DNA of 64,000 bases, from assembly GCA_047967505.1 (NCBI GenBank), contig CM106538.1; one strand, given 5' to 3'. A model generated the notes under the pieces. It worked only from the letters and a program-made list of their open reading frames with translations. It searched no databases and was not told the DNA's origin. The DNA comes from Dipteris shenzhenensis. Lineage: Eukaryota. Positions 48,185 through 60,554 of this stretch are shown here, piece after piece. The translations under genes and the position numbers were made by a program. How positions within the stretch are numbered: the first letter of the stretch is position 1; every line of letters begins with the position of its first letter.

Positions 48185-50048
48185 GAGCAATATAGAGATC
48201 TAATAGTAGCCAGAGAGGCCCCTTAGGGGTGGTTGGGTTACTTGGGTGTCTAGTCCTAGGCTCTCCGCTTACGACACTCTCTTCAAGAGCAAGAGAGAGC
48301 ACAGAGACGGGATCTGGCCTCTGTAGAGCGACTCTCTGGGGTAGGATCCAACCTCACAGCTGCTTGCAGACTGGTATGAGAGTGTAAGGCTCGATCTCCA
48401 GCCACTTAGATCCATCTAGCTAAGTTCTCTTCTCGGGCACGGTGGGTATAACAAGGAGACAAGATGACTAGGCAGCTCTTCTAGACCACGGGCCTAGCTT
48501 AGCAGGGACAGCTTTAGCAACTACAAGATGAGATTGGAAGCACTCAACCCATAGGAGATCCTAGAGATGAGGAGCTTTGGAAGGGCCTCAAGGTCTTCCC
48601 ACCTCAAAAGTGTTGTGGGGAGGATGGATCTACACCATCTTTCTTTGAGTGCTTTTGGGAGCACAACCCCTGTGGTTGTCCTTTTAGGAGATTTTCAACT
48701 TCGGCTCTCTCCCTCATCCTTTTGTTGTGGTTGGATTTGTTTGATCCAGGGGAACGGGATAGTTCTTGTTAGCACTTAGCCCTGGTATGGCCTTGTACGC
48801 TAGTTAGGACTAGTCCCAGTGAATTAGTTGACTTTGGGCCATATATTGGCCACTCTTGTACTTTCTTCATTATCCATTTGCATGTACTTTCGGTTCCTTC
48901 AGCTGTAGTCTTGCTCTCTTGCATTTTGTTGCTCCCACACCGAATAGTAGTATCAGAGTAGTTTGGTCTGGATCCATCTTGCTCCCCTTGCTTACACTTT
49001 TAGGTCGACCTGTTCATCTCAGCTTAGCTTGCATTTGAGCAGCTCCAGCCTCATTGCACTCGCGTCAAGTCTCAACGCTGATTGCAACAGTTGCAATCAG
49101 GTGCTTCATCAACATTGGCTGGGCTAGCTACAATCGGTTGTTTCATTGGACAAGCCCCCGTCTGTAAATGCAACTGCACTGCAATCTGTCCATATAGGCG
49201 TTTCCATCCGTACAACATATAGGAGCTTCCATTCGTACAACTTTGTGTCGTACAACTTTACATCAGCTACTTGTACAGCGTGGATTTCGTCCATATAATC
49301 GTTCACAGCATGGATTTTGTCCATACAGTTGCGTCATCCATACATCTATCCTGCAAATTAGTTCGTATAGTGCTGGTACTCGTTGTCGTACGCCACTTTT
49401 GCAAATTTGTCTGTATACTGCCGTACAATTTATGTTTGTACCTTTCGTGCTGTTTGCTGATTGTACAATAAGTTGCCATGTAGGCACATTGCAGACAGAC
49501 TGCAGAAGCAAATCTTCAGACATTTTCTGTACATTACCTGAAACAACTTTGTAGACAAATTTGGGGCTTTTCTTGATATTGCCCTCTTTTTGGCTCAATT
49601 TTGCTCTACGAATTGGGACTTTTGGCATTGGGCTACAATTTTTCAAAGAACAATGTGTTTGGCATTGCAAGCAATTTTCCACTTAGTGTGAGAGAGATTT
49701 GCAGACATTTGCTACTTTTAGCAGTCTGATTTGGCAGATTTTGGAGCTTTTTGAGGCCAATAACAGTTTATTATAGGGATTGCATGCTGGTACAGTGACA
49801 TTGAGCAGAATTTTGAATTTGCTCTCTTTTATGGCATACTCTCTCTCTCTCTCTCTCACACACAAAGAAAAACAGATAACACACACACACACTTTAAAAA
49901 AATAAAAATAAAAAAATAGTGAAATCTTTATATTTCTGTGTGGGAAACCCAAAAGAGGTAAAAACCCACCAATAAGTACAAGGAAAAAGTTTTTACAAGT
50001 AAAACCTCAGAGAAAAAGTCATGAGGTAGCCAAGTAAAATATTACATA

Positions 50049-51968
50049 TCAAGCTGGAGGAGAATCAAACACAGCATCCTCCAGCTTCAAATTGTTGCTC
50101 TGTAAAAACTGATGCAGTGATGAAACCACACCATCAATAAAAACAAGCTGTTTTTTGCCCTTATGATTCTTCTTGATATAGGCTGGTACCAGAAATTTTT
50201 GAATCAAAGGGTCAAAAACCTGTTGTAACATGGGATGGAAAGATTCCAATAAAAAAGGTACTTGTGCATCCCTGACAGAAGTAAACTCTGGCACAGGCAT
50301 TAAAGGCATAGGAGCTAGCTCAACATCCGTGTCTTCCGATGAAGAAGCTACATATGATGAAATAGGGTTCTGCATTTGAGCTTCATTCGGAGGATCAATC
50401 TGAATAAAAGCAGGGGCGGTATCCTGAAAGATAGCATGCATATCATCCTGTAATTTGCCCTCTGCAAGGGTTACATCCATATCCTGAATAGAAGGAAACT
50501 GATGGTGCTTAACAAGAGTGCAATCCTGGGCTTCTTCAGCAAGAGGAAGATTTGCCTGTGATTTATCAACCTTCCTCCAGTAGTGCTTCGGAGCAGTAGA
50601 GGACTTCACCAAAGAAGCCATAGCAGAAACCGGAGAAGAAGGGAGAGTAACCTTGACAGCTGAAGGAGGAGCAGGTGGTATGGGCCTGGATATGGAAGGG
50701 CAAGCACGTGCAAAATGGCCAACCTGTTGGCACCGATAACATGGAGTGGGGAAAGATGCAAAATGGAGCTTGATGCGCATCGGATGAGCAAATCCCAGAT
50801 CAAGATCCAGCGTAGATAGCACGGCCTGCGTCATATCCCACAGAATGCAAAGACGAACATCACGGGAGGCTTGCAAGAACTCCTGTCTCGGAATATGGAG
50901 AGGCCTTCCCAAAAAAGGTGCAAGAGTTGGAAGATGCTGAAAAAGAGGTACAGGCAGCGCTTTGAGAGTAATCCAAACCGGACAGTGAGTCAGAAGTGTT
51001 GCAGAAGGATCGAAAAGTGGATCCCAGAGCATAACATAAGCAAAGAAACCCGCTCCAGGAACACCAGCATCATTGACAAGGCGCTCTACCACCTCAATCG
51101 AAGAGCACTGGGCATAGTAAAATCCTTTGCCTAGAAAGACAAAGGAAGAAATACAATCCAGACCCACTGCAACATCAGCCCAATGACGGAGCTGAGCTGA
51201 GGATAAAACCCTGCCCATAAAGTAGAGGCAGACTCCAAATTGTTGAGCCTGTCGAAGACTAGAGACCAAAAGGGCAGAATCCAAGGAGCAAACAAGCGGG
51301 GAACTCGATGAAGGAACTTCTGTGACAGAGGCAGAGCATAATTGGCGAAGAAGATCCAGCTGGAGTGAAGAAGAAGGGCCATCAGAACCCTCCAGCTTTG
51401 CCGATTTGACGAGAGGAGAGGCAGGCAGACCACCATGTTTTCGGCGAAGAAACATACGAGTAGGAGCAGAGGCAAAAGGAAGTGTCGAAGCAGAGAAAAC
51501 AAAAGAGGGAGGTGGTTGCGCAGGGGACTGTACGGGCTGTACGGTCTTCCGTACAGGTTGTACGGTCGATCGTACAGCCTGTACGGAAGGCCGTACAGCA
51601 GGGACGAAAGATTGCACGGGAAGGTCTACAGCGAACGAGGAAAATACGGGAGGTTGTACGGGAGATTGTACAGGTTGTACGGTCGATCGTACAACCTGTA
51701 CAGAAGTCCGTACGGTCGGGACGAAGGATTGTACGGGAGGATCTACAGCGAACGGGGAAAGTATGGGAGGCTGTACGGGAGATTGTACGGGCGGCGGTAC
51801 GGAAGGTAGGCTGAGCAGAGGAGGTACGGAAAGCCGTACAGCTGACGGCAGCTGTACGGAAGACGGATCAGGCAGCAGGGTCGTGGCAGGTAATTGTATG
51901 GACGGGGACTGTACCGACGGAATCAGCGAGGAAGACGAGGCTGGCTGTGCTGAGGAGGAGATCTCCAT
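50049..51968 (-). CDS. LINE ORF1-like protein (DUF4283-like region plus CCHC zinc knuckle), 639 aa, with no ORF2
   Basis: FLGKGFYYAQC...WDPLFDP...PVWITLKALP...LGRPL...VRLCI...CYRCQQVGHFARAC matches the layout of plant L1 ORF1. The N-terminus is P/V/S/Q-rich with two 39-aa repeats. Confidence 0.82.
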   Translation of the reverse strand: MEISSSAQPASSSSLIPSVQSPSIQLPATTLLPDPSSVQLPSAVRLSVPPLLSLPSVPPPVQSPVQPPILSPFAVDPPVQSFVPTVRTSVQVVRSTVQPVQSPVQPPVFSSFAVDLPVQSFVPAVRPSVQAVRSTVQPVRKTVQPVQSPAQPPPSFVFSASTLPFASAPTRMFLRRKHGGLPASPLVKSAKLEGSDGPSSSLQLDLLRQLCSASVTEVPSSSSPLVCSLDSALLVSSLRQAQQFGVCLYFMGRVLSSAQLRHWADVAVGLDCISSFVFLGKGFYYAQCSSIEVVERLVNDAGVPGAGFFAYVMLWDPLFDPSATLLTHCPVWITLKALPVPLFQHLPTLAPFLGRPLHIPRQEFLQASRDVRLCILWDMTQAVLSTLDLDLGFAHPMRIKLHFASFPTPCYRCQQVGHFARACPSISRPIPPAPPSAVKVTLPSSPVSAMASLVKSSTAPKHYWRKVDKSQANLPLAEEAQDCTLVKHHQFPSIQDMDVTLAEGKLQDDMHAIFQDTAPAFIQIDPPNEAQMQNPISSYVASSSEDTDVELAPMPLMPVPEFTSVRDAQVPFLLESFHPMLQQVFDPLIQKFLVPAYIKKNHKGKKQLVFIDGVVSSLHQFLQSNNLKLEDAVFDSPPA

Positions 51969-51989
51969 CGCTCACGTACCTAGAAAACT

Positions 51990-51991
<2 letters not shown>

Positions 51992-52037
<46 letters not shown>
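51992..52037. repeat. (CA)23 microsatellite; further (AC)n tracts at 49879-49892 and 52402-52429
   Basis: Directly visible. Confidence 0.95.
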
Positions 52038-52041
<4 letters not shown>

Positions 52042-54966
52042 AACAAATTTTGCATTAAGAATGCATTTACATTCATAGCTGTCCCAAAGTCAGACAGGTA
52101 CTACTCACAACTAAAAACAGTAATAAAGAACTTCCAATTAGGCCCGAGGAAGGTCTCCAAAGGAATGAGCATCTTAAAGAGACTGAAGCAAAGAAGCTCG
52201 AAAATATGGGAAGATAGTCACTGAAAAGTGCTCATACAGTCGAATGGTATGAGCACGATACAACGACCGGCTATTTCTGATGTGATATTTGGCCACTTCT
52301 CTAGTCGTATTCCCGACTGTCTGTTCTCTACTGATTGATTCAGGATCGGCAGCAGCTTTTGGATTATCTCCACTAGTCTGGTAGACCTCCAGATGCTAGT
52401 TACACACACACACACACACACACACACACTTTCCTTTCTGGAAAATTGGGGCTTTTTGCAGGATTGACACTTTGCAGCTATCCGCTTTGCCTTGAGGTTT
52501 AATTTCAGGTCACTTTAGCAGATTTGAGGGCTGGATAAGCATTTGCAGAGCAGCTTTATGCTTTTGATGCATTGACATTTGAAGATTATTGCAGTCATGC
52601 ATTGCAGGACAGCCTTTTGTATTTTGCTCAGTGTTTGAGCACTTCATTGGGCATCCACATTTGCAGAGCTTTTGCTATGTTTTGGGTTTGACATGTGCAA
52701 ATATTGTGTCAGCTTTTGCGCATCCTGCTCACAGCCTTGAGGCTTTGACATTGCAGGATACTTTCTTTTGGGGATTTTCATTTGCAATGGTCAACATGGG
52801 GTTTATTTGGCATGATTTCTGCTAAAGACAAACTTTATGGTACCGATTACCCCATGTGGTTGTACTTGGTGCATCACTCCTTGGTATCCAAGAATTTTAG
52901 GGGCATTGTATCTGGATCAGAGACTAGACTTGTCTCTCAGCCACAAGCATCCGCTGCCACCTCATCCACTACAGGTGGTGCTATTGCTACTATAGCCACT
53001 TCTGGCTCTACTACCATTGCTGCAACATATCCTCCTACACCAAAGCAGACCCCTTGGGATCAGAGGGATGCCCAGGCCCATGCTGTTATTGCATTTGCAT
53101 GCAAGAGATGTATTATTGCTCACAGCAGAGCCCTCAGGACAGCCAAGGATGCATGGGATACTTTGGCCCGTTTGTATGAGGTTCATAATGAGGCTAGAGT
53201 CGCCTTTCTGAGGAGACAACTTGACAGTGTACACATGCAGGAAGGGGACACACGTAGATGTTTATCTCATCAAAGTCAGTGACTTTCGTGAGCAGCTTAT
53301 TAATGTGGTTGTGATTGTACCAGATGCACACGTCATTTCCATGACACTTGATGGGCTCCTTGACTCATACTAGGGATTTGTTACAACATTGAGACTAGTG
53401 GCTATGGGTAGCCCCAACCACTACTATGATCAGCGTGTTTCCGTATTCCTAGAGGAGGAGCAGAGTTGTCAAAATTGGGCTTCGTCTATTCCTGCATATC
53501 AGGCCTTTGCCACGGATCACAATGGCAAAGGGAAAAGGGGGAAAATTACAGCAAGCCCAAACCTTCCCCTGGCACCTCATCCTCTTCATCCCTTGGGAAG
53601 AAGAAGAATCGCTGTAATTATTGCAGGAAAACCAGGTCATGACATGTCTGAGTGCCGGAAGCGCATTGCTTCCGAGAAGAAGAAGCAACAGCAGGGACAA
53701 CAGGGACTTGCAGTCACAAACGGACCAGCTTCCCATAAGGACAGCTATGAGGCAGCACAGTTTGCTCATGGTGAGCGGACATTTGTTTTGACATGCCATT
53801 ATAATCTGTCATTGGATGCTTCAGCCTTATCACTTTCAGATTTTGACTCTAATTGGTATTTTGATAGTGATGCTTCAAAGCACATTACATCCTACATAGA
53901 TTTATTTCAGACATTGAGTGATGCTCCCAAAGGGGGAATTGTCACTTGAGCATCAAGAAAAACATGATTTCCATTTCAGTCATTTCTACCAATGGAGTTA
54001 CGGTTGTCTTTGATGGTTATTGTTGTGCCGTTTATGACAATCAGCATGATAACGGCATTGTGCTTATTGGGACACTTTCTAGAGGACTATATCATCTAGA
54101 TGCATATGAAAAAAGGCCAGCCTTGTGTATGCTGTAATTTCAGGTAGACACTTATGGCATGAGAGGTTGGGGCACCTCAACTATAAAAGTCTAGTCAAAA
54201 TGCAGACATGGTTTTGGATCTTCCAAAGATGCATGCACTACTTGTTGGAAAAGTGCATAGGTTCTCATTTCCGAAAGATAGGAACCTCGGTGCATGAAGA
54301 AGTTGCACTTAGTGCACAGTAATGTTTGTGGTCTGATGCAGACAGCTTCTCTTGGGTGTCACTTTTGTGGATCACTACACCCGAAGCCAAGTGTGATGTC
54401 TTTGGGTGCTTGAAGATTCTTTTAGCCATGGCTGAAAATGAGAGTGGATGTAGACTCTTGACCCTCCATATAGATGGGGGGGTGAGTATATGTCTCAAAA
54501 GTTTGCTGATTAAAAGGCAGCTAGGGGCATCATTCATCAATACACTCTTCCTTAGACCCCATAAGAGAATGGCGTTGCAGAGTGGAAGAATTGGCCCTTA
54601 ATTAAAATGGCAAGGCGTATGCTCAAGGGCAAGTCTTTGCCTAATAAATTTTGAGTAGATGCTCTCATGTGTGCAAACTATTTGTTGATTCGGGCACCTA
54701 CTTGGGCATTAAAGACAATTACACCTTATGAGGCATGGAACCGGTGCTTTCTCACATGAGGGTGTTTGGATCTCTTGCATTTGCTCATATTCCTCTCAGG
54801 TGAGGCCTAAATTGCTGTCTAATGCATCTTATCGATCTTGCGATGTAGAGTAGAGCCCTTTTCGGCAAGTTGGTAGTATGTGGACTCACCCCAAGCACGA
54901 GCCCTAGAAGCTCTTGCTTCAGCAAGGGATTCTCAGGAACAACCCTTGTGGGCTGTACAGGAGGAT

Positions 54967-57900
54967 TGTTGAAAATGGGGAGAGGGTGAGAGGACACATG
55001 ATTGGAGACAAAAGCTGAGGCACGAACTGATGTTGATAGATAGATAGATAGTGTATCACAGCAACTACATTGCCTCTTTTATAGGCTGGGCAAGCCTTAT
55101 CTTCCCACACTGATACCTCATAGATGAGGTCACACACAAGAGAATCTAGATCCTATAATCTAGGGGAGGAATCACACCTACCACATGAGGTGGCACAAGT
55201 GGCCTCAAGACTCTTCACACTCACACAACTGTAGGACACTCCTAGGACTCTAGGACCACTAGGACCACACACACTAGGACTCCGATTCCAACAAACCCCC
55301 CTTCGGAGCTAGGGTGAAAAACTATGACATCATCCAGACTGTGCATCCCAGGCAATCTCAGAGGCTAACAGCTGAGCATAATTCAGAGGTTGAACCAAGC
55401 ACTCTCATGGCTTAGGTGTCAATGTGATCAAAGACTCAAATCTGAGCATGGATGCATGACCAACTCATAGGTCTAGGGAGTACACCAACATCCTGGAACT
55501 CGGCCAGGCCTGATAAAGGAAAGACATAACAACCCCCCTGTCTCCTAACTGGGTACATGGAAATAAGTGGAGCCTTTTATAGGACAAGGCACACAAAAAT
55601 GACAAATTATTACATCATTTTAGGGGGACTACCCAAGGCAGAGTACCTAACACACATGACTCTAGAAAGCCCACTCTTCATCTATCACCTCATGGAGAGA
55701 TAGACCAGAAATAGCAGCAGTGCAGGCTTGTTCCTCAGGTCCAGAAGGTGTAGCTTCATCGTCTTCGTCCTCGCTCTGCTCCGCAACTAGATTGGCATGT
55801 TCTTTGGCTTGTACCTTTGCCATTTTCTTGAAGCAACGATCCTCTGGATGGCCAAGTTTCTGACAGTAATTACATCTAAGAGGTTTTCCTTTCTTCGTGG
55901 GCTTATTCTTGAGAAAAAATGCTTTGCGAGATTCGAAGGAAGATTCTGCTTTCTCTGTAAGCCTACGGTCCTCATCAATGAGATGAGCTACCATATCCTT
56001 AAAGCTCATATTGCGGCTGACTCTTAGGACAGCAAGGATCTCATTGTACTTGGAAATGTCTTCAATACTTGAGAGAAGTACAACAACTTGATCATCATCT
56101 TCAACAATGGCTCGAATGGCAGATAATTGTTGGAGGAATGACCCAAGATTGCTCAAGTGTTTCAGTTTCCTTCATCTTGAGCTTGAAGAGTTTTTGTTTG
56201 AGAAATACTTTGGAATTATTGATCTTATTTCCAAACAAATTCTCTAATTTTTCCCAAACGTCATTTGCTGTCTTATCAAAAGTCTTATCAAAATCCACAT
56301 GGTGGATAAGGTTGTCAGCTAAAGCTAGGCCAATGATAGCCATTGCTTTATCATTTTGGTTCTCCCACCAACTGATTCTAGCATCATCACCTTGGGGTTT
56401 TGGCTCCTTGCCATTGGTGATATTCCATATGCCTTCTCGCATAAGAAGAAGCCGGAGTTTTGTCTGCCAAGTTGGGAAATTGCACCCTGAGAATTTCTCG
56501 ATGAACGAGGAGTTTTTTATGCTATCCATTGGTGGGAAGGTCTTAGCTATTATTACAGCCAGTGTCTAAATCCCTTACAATGTTTACTCAGATTTCAAAA
56601 AAGGCCCAAATTTTGCATGGTAAAGCTTCAATTATGCCAAAGGAAGACACAGGACAGAAAAGCCCTAAATTTTTGGGTTAGGGTTGCTGCAAAATTAGGG
56701 TTTGCAGAAAATTGGGGCTTTTCTAAATTTCTGACAGAAGAGTTCTGGTTCAACGGTTGGGAATCCTCACATCATGAAAACACCCGAAAAATTCGAGAAG
56801 TTGAGCATAAATTGTAAAGGGGCGAAAATTAGGGTTTTGGGCAGGAAATCGGTCACGAACAGGGCCTGTGGCAGTCAAAATGATGACTGAATTGATGCAG
56901 CATCTGATCCATTCCGACTGAGGGAATTAGGAAAGGGGAGCTGCAACGTGGGCAGAGAGGTGCAGCGTAGAGCAGCAGTTGCGTGGGCAGGAGCTGTAGC
57001 GTGGGCAAGAGCTGGAGCAGCAGCGTGGGCAGCTTCGGGTCAGTAAGAGTTGCGTTGACATGCGAGTCGATGGCCACGGCCCTCAGATCGTCAGTCGCCA
57101 GTACATGCGAGACGCCGCCAAATCATCGACGGATTTTGACACCTTCGTAGGAGCTGTCGCAGGTCTAGCTACGTGGGCAGTAGGAGAAGTTGTGTGGGCA
57201 ACTAGAAGCAGCGTGGGTGTACGGGCACTCAGCAGGCTCGAGCAGGTAGAAGATCCGCAGGATGGCGGGCAGAATGGCGCAGCATGAGGGAAGATAGCGG
57301 AGAGGCGGCAACAACAATGGGCAAGGTGTGAGCAGATTGCGAGGGAGGCCGACTGCTTCAATCTGTTGCTGGTTGGCAGCTTCTCCAGATCTGGTGGTGC
57401 ATGCAGCGTAAGTAGAGGCAGCAGAAGAGTGGCGCAGGTGTGGCAGCGAAGGATGGGCAGGACGCTTCCTCCATGACGAGTGCTTCCCCTTTGCTTTCGC
57501 TCCCCTTCATACGCAGCTATGGAAGGTAGGTGTGCAGCTCTACGTTGATGAAGCTCATCACCTCAAGGAGAGTCTAAGGAGAAGAGGAGCTCACGAGTAG
57601 CTACAAGAGGAGCTCACGAGGAGAGGAATGCCATCAGGCAGGAGCTTCAAGGTGGCTCTGATACCAACTGTTGAAAATGGGGAGAGGGTGAGAGACACAC
57701 GATTGGAGACAAAAGCTGAGGCACGAACTGATGTTGATAGATAGATAGATAGTGTATCACAGCAAGTACATTGCCTCTTTTATAGGCTGGGCAAGCCTTA
57801 TCTTCCCACACTGATACCTCATAGATGAGGTCACACACAAGAGAATCTAGATCCTATAATCTAGGGGAGGAATCACACCTACCACATGAGGTGGCACAAG

Positions 57901-57994
57901 TGGCCTCAAGACTCTTCACACTCACACAACTGTAGGACACTCCTAGGACTCTAGGACCACTAGGACCACACACACTAGGACTCCGATTCCAACA
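54967..57994 (-). mobile_element. Gag-only non-autonomous LTR retrotransposon (TR-GAG-like), 3.0 kb
   Basis: LTRs at 54967-55293 and 57669-57994 (about 3 differences). TSD AGGAT at 54962-54966 and 57995-57999. PBS reverse complement at 57655-57666 and PPT reverse complement at about 55296-55304. Only gag is encoded. Confidence 0.92.
55662..56529 (-). pseudogene. Copia-type gag with one frameshift near 56156
   Basis: IEKFSGCNFPTW, DKAMAIIGLAL, KQKLFKLKMKE and CNYCQKLGHPEDRC; ends EEWAF-stop. Confidence 0.85.
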
Positions 57995-57999
57995 AGGAT

Positions 58000-59526
58000 A
58001 ATGTCAACAGTGCCACATGTGGATCTTTTGAGATGTTCCCCCCTGAGGGAAGGGCTCCCCCTTGATGAAGCGTCTTCATAAGGTTTGATAGCGTTTCTCT
58101 GGTTGGACTCATTCGGGCTAGTTCGATGTGCCTAGAGTAGTCTCTCATATGGCATCCGGATGTTTGGGATTAGGAGGGACTCATGTTGGACAACAGAAAC
58201 ACATTGATTACGCCCAATGGGATAGTGGGCTGGCTAGGTCCTTTGGGACTTCTTGCGGAGGCAGAGTCACGAGGGCAGGAGGGGGACAGGCACGTGAATG
58301 GCAGAGATCGACGCGGTAATCCTTGAGGCATAGTGGGAAGGAATGCGTGGGGCCTCGGACCCTATCATTGGAATGTAAAATTTTCGAGGGCCGGGGTCCC
58401 TCTCAGGATTCAGCAATCCCTTGGCTCTTTCTAGTGAATACTCTAGAGAGTAGAGACCGGGGGCCTTCTCCAACGGAGATAGTGGGGGACCGTGAGTCGG
58501 ACGAGATTTTGGGCTCCCTAGAGTGGTAGAGGTTAGGGTAGTGGAGGCTTGGGTAAGGATAGGACCATCGACCAACCCTATCTCAGCAGTTTAAGGGAGG
58601 GGTGCGGTGGCGCCTTTGGTTAGGGGAGGGCCGGCCTCCTTGGGACATTTAATGGGATCTGGGTGAGTGGTTTTGGCTCGTACAAGTAAGGCACTCAGAC
58701 AGGGTGAAGGAGGTGCCCTTTTTCTCATATAGGACTTGTATAGGCCGACGTCTTTAGCTAGAGGCGGTAGCTTGGACCCCCTCGAGAGAGTTTAGGAGGT
58801 CCCCCGAGAGGTCATCTCTTGCTTTTAGACAGGTCTCTGGACCAGCCGTAGACCATGGAAGGTCTCCTATTTCTTCTAGCTGGTGGCGCATAGATGCTTG
58901 CCCATCAGCCCTTGGTTGGAGCAAATGCGGGTAGACTAGAGTTGCCACGGTTGTGCAGATAAGGTTTTTGAGACGATTCTGCAATGTCTATGGGGCTACC
59001 TAGCACCACATGATTTGGTTGGGTGCCCTTCGGATTGTGGCTAGCATGCATAAGATGCAACGGGATTTCACTTGGGGGATGACCGCATGGCTGACGGAAA
59101 GGGGGATCATGGCTTCCCATTGATCTAGCCTCTCTTGCATACATGTATTCAAGATAGAGGCACAGGATGCGACGCCTCCTTCCCGCCCATGCCCTTTGCC
59201 TTTGCCGGAGGTTAGTGTTTGGGAGATGGTGCCCAATATACTTCTTGGAACATAAGGGTGACCTGTTGCAGTTTGGTGATGGAAGGACATTAGGCTGCCC
59301 CATCAGCCACTGCGGTAGACATCTGGCAGATATCATTTACAGCGTGTGCACCATCTGGGAGCAGCGACCGCCAAAAGGCATCTTTATGTTCTTATTGAGC
59401 GAGGGATTGGCTGGTTGTATAGACCTCCACCTTGGTTGTTAGCCCCTACTCTAGAGTTTCCCTATTGCTGATTTGTATGGCTGTTTTTTCAAGCATTAAT
59501 AGAAGTTCTTTTGTTTGGGAAAAAAA
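58000..59526 (+). mobile_element. Degenerate L1-like 3' fragment with short poly(A)
   Basis: Similar to 46200-47050 (GAGGTGCCCTTYTTYTCMTATA, GATATCATTTACA). Ends TTAATAGAAGTTCTTTTGTTTGGGAAAAAAA. Confidence 0.6.
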
Positions 59527-60198
59527 GAGTTATAAGTTGGCCAATTTTGGGCAACCAACCAGGTTGCTTGGCTAGTCAACTTAATAGCATGAGCTCTTTA
59601 CTGGTCAGCCTTGTTTAGCTGGCTGACTCGGTTTGCGTAGTCAACTGCTAGCTGACCTTGTGGTTCAGTGCTTTTGTGATGTTACAACCTTCCACGTAGC
59701 TCCTTTTACTGTGGTATGCTGTGGTGCCATCTTCAGGCTTGTCACTTCCCTAACTGTTCATCTCTGAAGTTCAGTAAAGAATTGCACCTTATTTTAGTGG
59801 TCCAGATAATTTTAAGAGAATGCCCAACTTGGCTTGCTGACTGGCCTTCATGAGCACTACTTTAAGCCCAAAATGTTCTGTGAAATGGTCATACCAACTT
59901 TTTTAAAACTTATGATCAAGATACTCTGTTGTATGTTATGCAGCGTTGTTATGACTAAAGTAGAGTCACTCTAGGTCTTGAATGTGCATTCGCATCAGAT
60001 AAAGTTAACCTATACCTTTCAACCTGTCTCTATGCACTTTGTTAGTGATGCCGTTCTTGGTGTTGGTAGCTTGTAATGTGCTGGATCTTTTCTTTCTTAC
60101 AGTTTCTTTGAATAATAGTTATTAACAAATATACTATTAGCTGAACACTGGTTTATTACTCTTAATTGGAAAGCTTACCCAATGTTTTCTTATGGCAG

Positions 60199-60307
60199 AT
60201 AGGTAGCAAGGCATTGCACTGCCTTAGTCTAGGTGGGGAAAACTCTGCACTTGTTGCAGCTGGTGGTGCAGATCCAGTGCTAAGGATCTGGGACCCTCGC
60301 ATGCCAG
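60199..60307 (+). CDS. WDR12: WDR12 internal exon
   Basis: ggcag|ATA GGT...CCA G|gtaat; encodes IGSKALHCLSLGGENSALVAAGGADPVLRIWDPRMP. Confidence 0.92.
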
Positions 60308-60385
60308 GTAATCCATCATTAGGGCACCTTTTGATATGCAGGTCTGTTGAAGCTCCTTGACAATTTTTGAACTTTTGGATAACAG

Positions 60386-60446
60386 GCACCAATACTCCTA
60401 TTCTTCAGCTGTCATCTCACAAGGCTTGGGTGACTGCTTGTAAATG
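60386..60446 (+). CDS. WDR12: WDR12 internal exon
   Basis: aacag|GC ACC...AAA TG|gtatg; encodes TNTPILQLSSHKAWVTACK(W). Confidence 0.9.
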
Positions 60447-60554
60447 GTATGTGCATTTCTTTTGAATGTGACATAGACCCTGGATGCAGAAGCATCTTGA
60501 AATTTACTTAAAAAAGAATGGAATGATTGGCATCCTTGTTATTGGGGTTTACAG

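Larger units (their letters stand above)
48611..54810 (+). mobile_element. Old copia related to copia C, interrupted by 49839-52429
   Basis: Putative LTR starting TGTTG at 48611 and degenerate PBS TAGTATCAGAG at about 48948. Leader has GTAC and TTGGGGCTTT motifs. Frameshifted gag/PR/INT at 52800-54800 (DKLYGTDY, WDQRDAQA, WYFDSDASKHITS, LWHERLGH) aligns by eye to copia C. Confidence 0.7.

Noticed and set aside
51322-52224. 300-aa plus-strand ORF and overlapping short ORFs with CTG/YGR repeats
   Set aside because: Antisense shadows of the GTAC repeat region of ORF1, running through (CA)n.
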